64,000 nt of DNA from an uncultured delta proteobacterium (GTDB lineage: Bacteria; Myxococcota_A; Polyangia; Fen-1088), in contig CAVYGB010000010.1 of assembly GCA_963767925.1 (NCBI GenBank), positions 416,001 to 480,000 on the forward strand. Reading direction: 5' to 3'. Numbering within the stretch: position 1 is the stretch's first letter; each line of letters begins with the position of its first letter. A program made the translations under genes and the position numbers. This document shows, piece after piece, positions 10,271 to 19,890 of the stretch. The notes beneath the pieces are model-generated. The model was given only the letters and a program-made list of their open reading frames with translations, did not search any database and was not told where the DNA came from.

Positions 10271-10788
10271 GGCGGCGGCCCCGCGAGCTTGTCCAGGCGG
10301 AGATGGGTGATCTTGGCCTGCTCGGCGGCGGCCTGGACGAGCTCGATCTCCGGCGGGTTCGGCAGGCGGGCCTGCAGCAGGGCCAGCATCTCGCCAGCGC
10401 TCTTGCCGGTGGCGCAAACGATGAAGATGAAGCCGAAGCGAGCCTGGTAGGCGGCGTTCCCCGCGCGCAGCGCCTCGAGCACGCCCGGATCGGCCTCCGC
10501 GACCCGGCCCTGCTCCTGGCTGGCCCAGGCGCTGGTGCCCGCGGACCGGGCCTGCAGCTCGCCGGCGCCGGCCCCGATGCGCGGATGGTGGGCGAACGTT
10601 TCGAGGAGGTCGTCGCGACCGAGCTGGGCCCACGCCTCGTCGGCGGTGGCGTGCAGGGCCGCCCGGGAGGGGAACGGCCGGCGGGACAACATCGCCTCCA
10701 CCCAGCGGCGGGCGCCACAACACGCGCCGAGGGCGGCGCGCGCCTCCTCTTCGGCGAGCGCGTTCAGCAGCGCGTGCGGCTCAGCCAC
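10267..10788 (-). CDS. uraD: OHCU decarboxylase
   Basis: FAHHPRIG, SQEQ, NAAYQARFGFIFIVCATGKS, EQAKITHLRL. Confidence 0.95.
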   Translation of the reverse strand: MAEPHALLNALAEEEARAALGACCGARRWVEAMLSRRPFPSRAALHATADEAWAQLGRDDLLETFAHHPRIGAGAGELQARSAGTSAWASQEQGRVAEADPGVLEALRAGNAAYQARFGFIFIVCATGKSAGEMLALLQARLPNPPEIELVQAAAEQAKITHLRLDKLAGPPP

Positions 10789-11815
10789 CGCGGCTCCCCC
10801 ACAGGCGCAGGCGGCTGACCCCGCCGTCGGGAAAGATGTCGAGCCGCACGTGGGTGGCCGGCGCCCGGGCCCCCTCGGCCACCGGGAAGAAGTGCCGCTG
10901 GTCGGCCGAGAGCCGCGTCTCGGGCAAGACGGGCGACCAGGCGGGGCTCGCCAGCAGATCGGTGATGCGCGGCGAGGCGGCCGCGCCCGCGTCGAGCGCC
11001 TCGAGAGAGAAGCGATCCGGGAAGTTGCCCTTGAAGTGGTGGGTGTCGACCTCGACGACCGCGAGCCGCCCGCGCGCGCCCAGCTTGACGAGGATCCAGT
11101 CGCGCCCGGAGCCGCGCCGGCGGGTCTCCCAGCCGTCGCCCATGTTCCGGCCGCGGCCGGGGTGGAGCAGGTTGTTCATCGGCCCGAAGAACGCGTCCGA
11201 GCAGGCGAGCGCCAGGCCGCCGTTCTTCACCGCCGCGAGATCGTCGAGACCGGCCGGCACCTGGGTCGCCGTCTCGGGGTCGCGCTCGGCCGCGTCCCAG
11301 CGCGGGTGGACCCGCCCGTAGACCCGAAAGCGGGCCACCCCCCCGTCGGGAAAGATGTTCAGCCGAACGTGGCTGACAGGCCCCTGCGGGCGGGCGCCGA
11401 ACAGGTTCTGGGAGTCGGGCCGCAGCGGGCTCTGCTCCAGCAGGGGCCGCCAGCTCGCCGGCTCGAGCGCCGCCAGCGGCGCCCCGGGCGGGGCCAGGAC
11501 CCCCTCGACCGAGGCGAACGGCGGGTGGTTGCCCCGGAAGTGGTGGGTGTCGATGTCCAGGCCCACCACCTCGCCGGGCGCGCCCAGCTCGAGGATGCAC
11601 CAGTCGTGGCCGGGCCCGCGCTTGCGGCGGCTCTCCCAGCCGTCCATCCACTTGCCGCGGTCGGTGAACTTGCCCTCGATGAACTCCCCGCGCCCCGGCT
11701 GGATCAGGTTCTCCATGCCGGCGAAGAAGTCGTCGCTGGTGGCCAGGGCCCTCCCGCCCAGGCCCGCCGCCGCCAGATCGATCAGCCCGGTGAAGCTGGC
11801 GGCCGCGTCGTTCAC
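10781..11815 (-). CDS. alc: Allantoicase
   Basis: Two allantoicase repeats: SDDFF, WMDGWESRRKR, DTHHFRGNHP, NIFPDGGVARFRVYG, MGDGWETRRR; GTG start overlaps the allB stop. Confidence 0.95.
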   Translation of the reverse strand: MNDAAASFTGLIDLAAAGLGGRALATSDDFFAGMENLIQPGRGEFIEGKFTDRGKWMDGWESRRKRGPGHDWCILELGAPGEVVGLDIDTHHFRGNHPPFASVEGVLAPPGAPLAALEPASWRPLLEQSPLRPDSQNLFGARPQGPVSHVRLNIFPDGGVARFRVYGRVHPRWDAAERDPETATQVPAGLDDLAAVKNGGLALACSDAFFGPMNNLLHPGRGRNMGDGWETRRRGSGRDWILVKLGARGRLAVVEVDTHHFKGNFPDRFSLEALDAGAAASPRITDLLASPAWSPVLPETRLSADQRHFFPVAEGARAPATHVRLDIFPDGGVSRLRLWGSRGG

Positions 11816-13179
11816 GATGCACCTCGCGACAGCAGCGGCCGGCCGGCCGGCTCGCCCAGGGGAAGGCCGTCGCGGTAGACGCAACGGCCGCCCAGCCAGG
11901 TGGCCACAACCTGGCCCTCGAGCCGCCGGCCGAGGTAGGGCGAGATCTTGTGGCGGAACAGGAGCGCCTCCGGCCGTACGGTGAAGTCGGCTTCGGGGTT
12001 CCACACGACCACATCGGCGTCGTACCCCGGGGCCAGCCGCCCCTTGCGGTGCCCCAGCCCGGCGAAGGCCGCCGGCCGTTCACTCATCCAGGCCGTCAGC
12101 GCGCTCAGGGTCGCGCCCCGGCGGCGCGCCTCGGTCCAGACCGCGGCCAGGCCGAGCTGCAGCGAGGCGATACCGCCCCAGGCCGCCAGGAAGTCGCCCC
12201 GCTCGGGCAGCTTGAGGTGGGGGGCGCAGGGGCTGTGGTCGGTGATCACGAAGTCGATGACCCCCTCGAAGAGAGCCTGCCACAGCCGCTCCCGGTTTTC
12301 CCGCTCCCGGATGGGGGGCGCGCACTTGAAGTGGGTGGCCCCGGCGGGGATGGCTTCGGCCTCGAAGCAGAGGTAGTGGGGGCAGGTCTCGACGGTGAGC
12401 GGCAGCCCGGCGGCCCTGGCCGCCCGGATGGTCTCCACCGACGAGGCCGTCGAGAGGTGGACCACGTGGACCGCGCAGCCCGTCTCCCGGCACAGCTCCA
12501 CCAGCAGCCGGATGGCCGCGTCCTCCCAGGCGCGCGGCCGCGAGGCGAGGTACCCGGGGTAGGCGCGGGGATCGGCTCCGGCGGGGGCGGCCAGCGGGGG
12601 GCCCAGATCCAGCTCGGCGTGGGCCAGCAGGGGCAGGCCGAGGCGCTTCAGCACGGGCATGGCCGCGCGCAGGTCGTCGGCGCTGGCGTTGGGGAACTCC
12701 TCGATCCCCGAGTGCACGAGGAAGGCCTTGCACCCGAGCACGCCGGCCTCCGCCAGCCCGGGCAGCTCCCCGAGGTTCCCCGGCACAACCCCGCCCCAGA
12801 AGCCGACATCGACGAAGAGCTGCCCGGCGGCGGCCGCGAGCTTGGCCTCCAGGGCGGCGCGGGTGGTGGTGACGGGGAGGCAGTTGAGCGGCATGTCGAC
12901 CAGGGTCGTCACGCCGCCGGCCGCCGCCGCCCGGGTGGCGGTGGCGAACCCCTCCCACTCGGTGCGGCCCGGCTCGTTGAGGTGGACGTGGCAGTCGACA
13001 AGGCCCGGGGCGATAACCAGGTCGCCGAAGTCGGTCACCACCTCGCCGGCCGGGTCCGGGGCCGGCGGGCGCCCGGGATCTTCGACCGCCTCGATGCGGC
13101 CGGCGCGCATCCAGACCGTGGCGGGGCCGATGCCCTCCGGCCTGACCACCCGGCGGCTGCGCAGGCCCTCGCGCGGCAT
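11812..13179 (-). CDS. allB: Allantoinase
   Basis: PGLVDCHVHLNEPGRTEWEGF, DMPLN, VETCPHYL, KCAPPIR, TDHSPC, AWGGIASLQ. Confidence 0.95.
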   Translation of the reverse strand: MPREGLRSRRVVRPEGIGPATVWMRAGRIEAVEDPGRPPAPDPAGEVVTDFGDLVIAPGLVDCHVHLNEPGRTEWEGFATATRAAAAGGVTTLVDMPLNCLPVTTTRAALEAKLAAAAGQLFVDVGFWGGVVPGNLGELPGLAEAGVLGCKAFLVHSGIEEFPNASADDLRAAMPVLKRLGLPLLAHAELDLGPPLAAPAGADPRAYPGYLASRPRAWEDAAIRLLVELCRETGCAVHVVHLSTASSVETIRAARAAGLPLTVETCPHYLCFEAEAIPAGATHFKCAPPIRERENRERLWQALFEGVIDFVITDHSPCAPHLKLPERGDFLAAWGGIASLQLGLAAVWTEARRRGATLSALTAWMSERPAAFAGLGHRKGRLAPGYDADVVVWNPEADFTVRPEALLFRHKISPYLGRRLEGQVVATWLGGRCVYRDGLPLGEPAGRPLLSRGAS

Positions 13180-14594
13180 CACGGCTCGGTCTCCGAAAAG
13201 CGGCAGAGGCTGTCGAGGTGCTGGTCGCGGTCCTCGTGGAAGAAAGACCCGGTGATCGCCGAGACCAGCCGGGGGATGGAGTATTTCATGCCGGAGATGC
13301 TGGCCCCGCCGAGGCCCAGGCTGAGCAGGCAACCGAAGGTGTAGTTGTACAGGTAGCGCAGATACGGCGCCTGCCCGGGGATCCGCTCGGTCAGCTCGAA
13401 CCCGGGCCCCAGGTAGGGGTGGCGCGCCAGGTCCTCGTGCTGCTCGCCCTCGGGCGGCGTGTAGCGATCGGCCCAGCGGGCGATGTGCGGCTCGACGATC
13501 GCCAGCTCGGGCCGGAGCCGCAGGTCGGTCACGAAGCCGGTCCCCACGATGACGAAGTCGGCCTCGAACGTCTGATCGTCGGTGCGGATGAGGACGGTGT
13601 CGCCCCGGGCCTCGAACGACCGGCAGCTCGCCCGCGGCTGCAGGTGAAACCCCGGGTGGCGGCTGGCCCGCGCGAGGGTGTCGGCCGGCGGCAATTGCCC
13701 CATGCGCACGATCTGACGGATGAAGCGCCACTTGTCGGCGTCGGGGAGGTCGCCGAGGTGGCGCAGGAACCCGACGAACTCCGCCCAGCGGTAGGCGTTC
13801 ACGGTGACAAGGGCCGCCCGGCGGAAGAACAGGCGCACCTCGCGGGCCCCGTGCTCGAGCGCGACGGCGGCGTTGTCGAAGGCCGAGGCGCCCGCCCCCA
13901 GCACCGCCACCCGCTTGCCGGCCAGGGCCGGGAAGTCGATGTCCCGGCGGGTGTGGGCGTACAGCCGCTCGGGCAACGCCGCGCGGATCATGGCCGGCAC
14001 GTGCCACTGACCCGAGCCCTCGATGCCGGTGGCCAGCACCACCCGGCGGGCGTGCAGCGCCGGCAACCCGGCGCCGCTGCGGGCGTCGCTGCAGGGGATC
14101 TCCCAGGCGCGCTCGGCGACGTTCCAGGCCAGGACGCCCACCCGGGTGTCGGGGCGCACCGGGATGTCCAGTGTGTGGCGGTACCAGGCGAGGTAGGAGG
14201 CCCAGCCCTCCCGGGGCAGACGCTCGAGGCCCTCCCAGCTCCCCGGGCCGTGCTGGGCCTCGTACCAGGCCCGGGGGGTCAGGCTGGGGATCCCGAGATC
14301 CGGCCCGGTGAGGTGCTTGGGCGTGCGCAGGGTGGCCATGCGGGCGAAGCTCAGCCAGGGACCGGCGCGATCGAGCGGGTTCTCGTCGAGGACCAGCAGG
14401 CGGGTCACCCGCTCGCGCAGGAGCCCGAAGGCGGCGGCCAGCCCGCTTTGGCCCCCGCCCACGATCACAACGTCGTGGATGGCCTGGCCGTCGGCCGTGC
14501 GGCGGGGGCTCAACCAGTCGCGCCGGGGGTAGTCCAGCAACCCCAGGTCGCGCCGCACGCGCTCGGCGTGCTCGTCGAGAGCCGTCCCCGTCAC
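13179..14594 (-). CDS. hpyO: FAD-dependent urate hydroxylase, HpyO-like
   Basis: GGGQSG FAD motif, GPW...ARMATLRTPKHLTGPDLG, GAGASAFD NADPH motif; first gene of the urate operon. Confidence 0.8.
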   Translation of the reverse strand: MTGTALDEHAERVRRDLGLLDYPRRDWLSPRRTADGQAIHDVVIVGGGQSGLAAAFGLLRERVTRLLVLDENPLDRAGPWLSFARMATLRTPKHLTGPDLGIPSLTPRAWYEAQHGPGSWEGLERLPREGWASYLAWYRHTLDIPVRPDTRVGVLAWNVAERAWEIPCSDARSGAGLPALHARRVVLATGIEGSGQWHVPAMIRAALPERLYAHTRRDIDFPALAGKRVAVLGAGASAFDNAAVALEHGAREVRLFFRRAALVTVNAYRWAEFVGFLRHLGDLPDADKWRFIRQIVRMGQLPPADTLARASRHPGFHLQPRASCRSFEARGDTVLIRTDDQTFEADFVIVGTGFVTDLRLRPELAIVEPHIARWADRYTPPEGEQHEDLARHPYLGPGFELTERIPGQAPYLRYLYNYTFGCLLSLGLGGASISGMKYSIPRLVSAITGSFFHEDRDQHLDSLCRFSETEP

Positions 14595-14620
14595 CCTCCC
14601 CCCAGTCTATCGCGTCTGGT

Positions 14621-17074
14621 TCAGCGAGACCGCTTCTCCGGACGGGCCCGCCGCGCTTCCGGCGCTGCCGCGGGCGTTTTTGCGGGCCTCGCTGCCGGGG
14701 CTATTGCAGCCTTGGACCGGCCCCCGACGTAGGCCGCCAGGTGCTCGCCGGTGAGCGTCGACCTTGCCGCCACCAGGTCGGCCGGGGGGCCTTCGAAGAC
14801 GATCCGGCCGCCGTCGTGGCCCGCGCCCGGGCCGAGGTCGATGATCCAGTCGGCGTGGGCCATCACCGACTGGTGGTGCTCGATCACGATCACCGACTTC
14901 CCCGAGTCGACGAGCCGGTCCAGCAGGCCGAGGAGCTGCTCGAGGTCGGCCAGGTGCAACCCGGTTGTCGGCTCGTCGAGCACGTAGACCCCTCCCTCGG
15001 CCCCCATGTGGGTGGCGAGCTTGAGCCGCTGCCGCTCACCCCCCGACAGCGTGGTGAGCGGCTGGCCGAGCCGCAGGTAACCGAGCCCCACGTCGGCCAT
15101 GCGCTGCAAGATGGCGTGGGCGGCCGGCGTGTGCGCCTTGCCCCCGCCGAAGAAGCCGACCGCCTCCTCGACCGGCAGGTCGAGCACCTCGGCGATGTTG
15201 CGCCCGCCGAACCGGTACTCCAGGACCGACGCCTGGAACCGCCGGCCCTCGCAGTCCTGGCAGACCGTGGTGACCGAGGCCATCAGGCCGAGGTCGGTGT
15301 AGATCAACCCGGCGCCGCTGCAGGTCGGGCAGGCCCCCTCGGAGTTGGCGCTGAACAGGGCGGGCTTCACCCCGTTCTCCTTGGCGAAGGCCTTGCGGAT
15401 CGGCTCCAGCAGGTCGGAGTAGGTCGCGGGGTTGCTCCGGCGCGAGCCCCGGATCGGGCTCTGGTCGACCGACACAACCCCGTCCTTGCCCGACACCGAG
15501 CCGTGGATCAGCGAGCTCTTGCCTGACCCGGCCACCCCGGTCACGACCACCAGCACGCCGAGCGGGATGTCGACGTCGACCTTCTTCAAGTTGTGGGTGC
15601 TGGCGCCACGTACCTTCATCACCCCCGACGGCTTCCGCACCGCCGGCTTCAGGGCGGCCCTGTCGTTCAGGTGACGCCCGGTGAGCGTGTCGCTGCTCCG
15701 CAGCTCGGCGACGGTGCCCTCGAAGACCACCTCCCCGCCGGCGGTGCCGGCGCCCGGGCCCAGGTCGACCACGTGGTCGGCGATCGCTATCGTCTCGGGC
15801 TTGTGCTCGACAACCAGGACGGTGTTGCCCTTGTCGCGCAGGCGCAGCAGCAGATCGTTCATCCGCTGGATGTCGTGGGGGTGCAGCCCGATGGTCGGCT
15901 CGTCGAAGACGTAGGTCACGTCGGTCAGCGACGATCCGAGGTGGCGGATCATCTTGGTCCGCTGGGCCTCACCGCCCGAGAGCGTGCCGGAGGGCCGGTC
16001 CAGGCTGAGGTAGCCCAGCCCGATCTCCACGAACGAGTCGAGGGTGTGGCGGAGCGTCCCGAGCAGCGGCGCCACCGATGGCTCGTTCAGGCCACGCACC
16101 CACTCTGCCAGGTCGCTGATCTGCATCGCGCAGGCCTCGGCGATGTTGACCTTCTTGATCCGGGAGGAGCGAGCGGCCTCGTTGAGCCGGGTGCCGCCGC
16201 AGTCGGGACAGGGGGTGAAGGTGACCGCGCGCTCCACGAAGGCCCGGATGTGGGGCTGCATCGCCTCGACGTCCTTGGACAGGAACGACTTCTGGATCCG
16301 GGGGACCAGGCCCTCGTAGGTGAGGTTCATGCTCTGGATCTTCACCTTGGTCGGTTCCTTGTAGAGGAAGTCGTGGCGCTCCTGCTTGGTGTACTTGCGG
16401 ATCGGCTTTTCGGGGTCGAGAAAGCCCGAGGCGGCGAAGATGCGCACCTCCCAGCCGTCGGCCTTGTAGCCGGGGATGGTCAGGGCGCCCTCGGAGAGCG
16501 ACTTGCTGTCGTCGTAGAGCTGCGACAGATCGATGTCGTTGACCGAGCCCATGCCTTCGCAGCGCGGGCACATGCCGCCGGCGATCGAGAAGCTGCGCTT
16601 TTCGGTCTTCCCCCCGCCCTTGTCGACCGTCATCTGCCCGACCCCCTTGACCGAGGGGACGTTGAAGGAGAAGGCGTTGGACGAGCCGATGTGGGGCTTG
16701 CCGAGGCGGCTGAACAGCACCCGCAACATCGCGTTGGCGTCGGTCGCCGTCCCGACCGTCGAGCGGGAGTTGGCCCCCATCCGCTCCTGGTCGACGATGA
16801 TCGCGGTGGTCAGCCCCTCCAGCACGTCGACCTCGGGCCGGGACTGGCTGGGCATGAACCCCTGCACGAACGCGCTGTAGGTCTCGTTGATCATCCGCTG
16901 CGATTCGGCCGCGATGGTGGCGAAGACGAGCGACGACTTGCCCGATCCCGAGACGCCCGTGAAAACGGTCAGCCGCCGCTTCGGGATCTCCACGCTGACG
17001 TCCTTCAGGTTGTTCTCCCGGGCGCCCTGGACGCGGATCAGATCGTGGCTGTCGGCGGGATGTTTGGCGCTCAT
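14621..17074 (-). CDS. Class II UvrA-like ABC ATPase (UvrA2/DrrC family)
   Basis: GARENNLK, GVSGSGKSS, CPRCEG, LSGGEAQR, GVAGSGKSS, LSGGERQR; about 817 aa, shorter than canonical UvrA. Confidence 0.9.
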   Translation of the reverse strand: MSAKHPADSHDLIRVQGARENNLKDVSVEIPKRRLTVFTGVSGSGKSSLVFATIAAESQRMINETYSAFVQGFMPSQSRPEVDVLEGLTTAIIVDQERMGANSRSTVGTATDANAMLRVLFSRLGKPHIGSSNAFSFNVPSVKGVGQMTVDKGGGKTEKRSFSIAGGMCPRCEGMGSVNDIDLSQLYDDSKSLSEGALTIPGYKADGWEVRIFAASGFLDPEKPIRKYTKQERHDFLYKEPTKVKIQSMNLTYEGLVPRIQKSFLSKDVEAMQPHIRAFVERAVTFTPCPDCGGTRLNEAARSSRIKKVNIAEACAMQISDLAEWVRGLNEPSVAPLLGTLRHTLDSFVEIGLGYLSLDRPSGTLSGGEAQRTKMIRHLGSSLTDVTYVFDEPTIGLHPHDIQRMNDLLLRLRDKGNTVLVVEHKPETIAIADHVVDLGPGAGTAGGEVVFEGTVAELRSSDTLTGRHLNDRAALKPAVRKPSGVMKVRGASTHNLKKVDVDIPLGVLVVVTGVAGSGKSSLIHGSVSGKDGVVSVDQSPIRGSRRSNPATYSDLLEPIRKAFAKENGVKPALFSANSEGACPTCSGAGLIYTDLGLMASVTTVCQDCEGRRFQASVLEYRFGGRNIAEVLDLPVEEAVGFFGGGKAHTPAAHAILQRMADVGLGYLRLGQPLTTLSGGERQRLKLATHMGAEGGVYVLDEPTTGLHLADLEQLLGLLDRLVDSGKSVIVIEHHQSVMAHADWIIDLGPGAGHDGGRIVFEGPPADLVAARSTLTGEHLAAYVGGRSKAAIAPAARPAKTPAAAPEARRARPEKRSR

Positions 17075-17529
17075 GCCAGCCTCGCCAGCAGGTCGGCGAG
17101 CTTGCCGCCCATCAGGTTCCACCCGTAGCGCGCGCCACCGAAGGCCTGCTTCTGGGCCGGCTTGAAGCCCGACTGCACCAGGGACAGGCGGGTGCCCGCG
17201 GGGGTCGGCGTGAGGGTGAAGGTCACCACGGTGTCCAGATAGAAGTCCTGGCCGCTGTCGCCGACGACCCAGGCGTAGCTGAGCTTCCGCTGCGCTTCGA
17301 TCTCGAGCACCCGGCAGCTCACCGTGCCGTCCCACCCGGGGTAGGCCGGCGCCTTGAAGGTGAAGGTGGCCCCCGGGGCGAGCGAGAGCTCGACGCTGGG
17401 CAGGAGCCACTGCTCCAGCAGCAGGGGGTCGGTCAGCGCGCGCCAGACCTTGGCCGGCGGATGCTGCAGATCGAATTCGAAGGAGAGGGCTTCGGTTTGC
17501 GAGGGGGCGGTCTTGTCTGCGAGGCTCAT
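17071..17529 (-). CDS. SRPBCC/AHSA1 domain protein
   Basis: HPPAKVWRALTDPLLLEQW, LDTVVTFTL, GTRLSLVQSGF, GARYGW; stop overlaps the uvrA2 start. Confidence 0.9.
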   Translation of the reverse strand: MSLADKTAPSQTEALSFEFDLQHPPAKVWRALTDPLLLEQWLLPSVELSLAPGATFTFKAPAYPGWDGTVSCRVLEIEAQRKLSYAWVVGDSGQDFYLDTVVTFTLTPTPAGTRLSLVQSGFKPAQKQAFGGARYGWNLMGGKLADLLARLA

Positions 17530-17625
17530 GCGTCCATCTTCTCCAGCAGGTCTTCGAGGCGCTCGACGGATTCCGTCCAGAAGGCGCGGCCGTGCGCGAT
17601 CCAATCTAGGACTGACTGCAAGGCG
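17526..17625 (-). pseudogene. C-terminal remnant of an ArsR/SmtB regulator
   Basis: LQSVLDWIAHGRAFWTESVERLEDLLEKMDA* resembles the tail of SRPBCC-linked ArsR proteins and overlaps the SRPBCC start; no HTH found upstream. Confidence 0.6.
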
Positions 17626-17789
17626 ATCTGCCTCGGGATGATGCTTGGTTCCGGGCGAGGATGCCACCGTCCGCTCCGACGGGCCCCCGCTAACGCCCGG
17701 GGTGGCCGGAGCAGTGGCCGCGGGCTGGGCCCGGGTGGTGAACCGTTCCTGTTTCGTGGGGCAGCTGGCGGCGGGCAGGTGGCCGGTGA

Positions 17790-19673
17790 GCGTGCAGACC
17801 TCCCGGTGCCCGCCGACTCGACCCCCAGGCCCCAGGGGGCGTAGAAGGCCGGCAGCGGATCGGGCGTCTTGAACCCCAGGATCTGCAAGACGCCCTCGTC
17901 GGCGACGGCCAGGGCCAGCTCCGCCCGCACCGGCTGGCCGCCGCTGCCGGACACGCGCACGCCAGCCCGCACCCGATCGCCGGGCTGGTAGGAGGGGCGG
18001 TCGGTCTCGACGGCGACGGTGAGCCGCCGGTCGCCGGCCTCGACGACAAGGTCCACCACGCCCATGCGGAAGCGCGGGCGCCCCGGGTCCCCCTCGCCGG
18101 TGCGGCCGCGCACCAGGACCACCGAGGCGAAGGCGTTGGACGCCAGCCGCGCCTCCACCGGGATCTCGATGGCCTCGCCGGTGGTGGCCCGCGGCCTGAC
18201 CGAATACGACAAGATGCCGTCGCGCTCGAGGGTGACGAGGGCCAGGGCCCCGGGGAGCTGGGTCTGGGGGACGAGGCGCGCCTTTGCCCGCGGGGTCGAG
18301 GACCAGCGTGCCGTCGCCGACCGGATCGGAGAACGACCGCTCCTCGTCGCCGGCCCAGTAGCGCCCGCTGTCCCACAGCGCGGCCAGGTCCTGGAAGGCG
18401 TAGCCCTCGAAGCCCGGGAGTCCGGCAGGCGGGCGCGCCGCCGCACCTGCCAGCTCACCTTCGCCCCCCGCAGGGGGCTGCCGTGCAGGTAGCTCGCCGC
18501 AGCGAGAAGGCGAGCTTGTCCCCCACGAACACGTTCTTGCGCGGGGTAGCGACCTTCACCTCGAAGATGCGCGGACGGTACTCCTCGACGGAGAAGCGCT
18601 CGCGGAAGGGTTGCCCGTCGATCTCGCCCCGCACCTGGTAGTCGCCCAGGCGCGCCTCGGCCGGCTGGACCAGGTCGCGCGAGAAGCCACCGAAGGCGCT
18701 GACGGGCAGCTCCTGCGCGGCGATGCTGACGCCGCGCGGGTCCTCCACGACCATCTTGATCGTGCGGCCGCGGGGGACCTTCATCCGGCCGGCCACGTCG
18801 ATGCGCCGGACCAGGCCGCGCAGGTGGACGGTGTCGCCCGGCCGGTAGAGCCCGCGGTCCGAGTGCAGAAAGCCGCGCACGCGCGCCTCGCCCCCGCCGC
18901 GGTCCTGGTCGAGGCCGAAGTTCCAGGCCTGCATGCCGTTGTTCCAGTTCGTGTCCAGCACCGCCAGATCGTCGCCGGCCCGGGCGCTGACGATGACCCG
19001 CCGGGCCCGGTACTCGTCCCAGCCCTCCCCGGCGTCGCCCTGCGGGCGCAGGCCGATCGGCTTGCTCGCCCCGGGCGCCAGCACGACCCCATCGGCGTTG
19101 CTCTTGCCGGTGTAGCGGACCTGCCCGCGCAGGTCGCGCACCTGCACCATCGCGTCGGGCACCGGCCGCCCGGTCGACAGGCGCACGACCCAGACTTGAA
19201 GGTCGTGGCACGGTGACAGCGGGCGTGCGCGGCTGGTGCAGGGCCGCCCCGGTCACCGCCAGGTCCTCGACGGCGATCCGCTGGTTGACGAAGCGGGTCC
19301 CTGGCCAGCGCGCCAGGGTGACGTTCGAGGCCAGCGCCAGGGCGGGGTGCAGCTTCACCTGGTAGGCGGTCGAGGGGCGAAGCCGAACTTTGGGGAAGAA
19401 GGCCAGCGTCGCGGCATCCAGCCAGCGGGTCTCGCCCTCGAGGGCCGGTGAGATGTCGAAGGCAGGCCCCCCGACCGGTCGCCCCGGTCTCCCGGCGGGG
19501 GCCACGGGTCTGTCGAAGGTCACCCGGATGCCCCGGTCCAGCCCGTCCCCGCCGACCTCGCTGCCCGCTGGCGTCACCTGCAAGACCCGGGCGACATGTC
19601 GGGATCGGTCGCAGGCCCCGAGGCAGGCGATCGCGGCGGTCAGGACGAGGAGAGACGCTCGGTTGCACGGCAT
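17790..19673 (-). pseudogene. Bacterial alpha-2-macroglobulin remnant with internal deletions and frameshifts
   Basis: Lipoprotein start (LGAC), Ig-like segment, then SDRGLYRPGDTVHL, VEEYRP, ALVTLER, TDRPSYQPGD and LAVADEGVL in changing frames; only ~1.9 kb, C-terminal half absent. Confidence 0.8.
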
Positions 19674-19890
19674 GCCGGGATCCCCCAGCAACCGCTGCGC
19701 CAGCCCAGGTCAGCGCGGCGGGCGGGCCACCGCTCCCGCACGCGGGGACGTCAGATACGTTCTATCGATCGTCGAAACCTTCGCCACGGTGACGCTTCAT
19801 CGACGGAGAGCGGCAAGCGCCTGAACCGCACCTCGAGGTCTCGGAGGCGGGCATTTTGTGGCTCAGGGCGACCATCGCCGCCGCTGACCG

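Noticed and set aside
14621..17410. Long ORF-track versions of UvrA2 (929 aa), AllB (731 aa), ModF (802 aa) and the 2OG oxygenase (715 aa) as fusions
   Set aside because: The extensions are read-through into neighbouring genes in shadow frames; better starts or ends lie inside them
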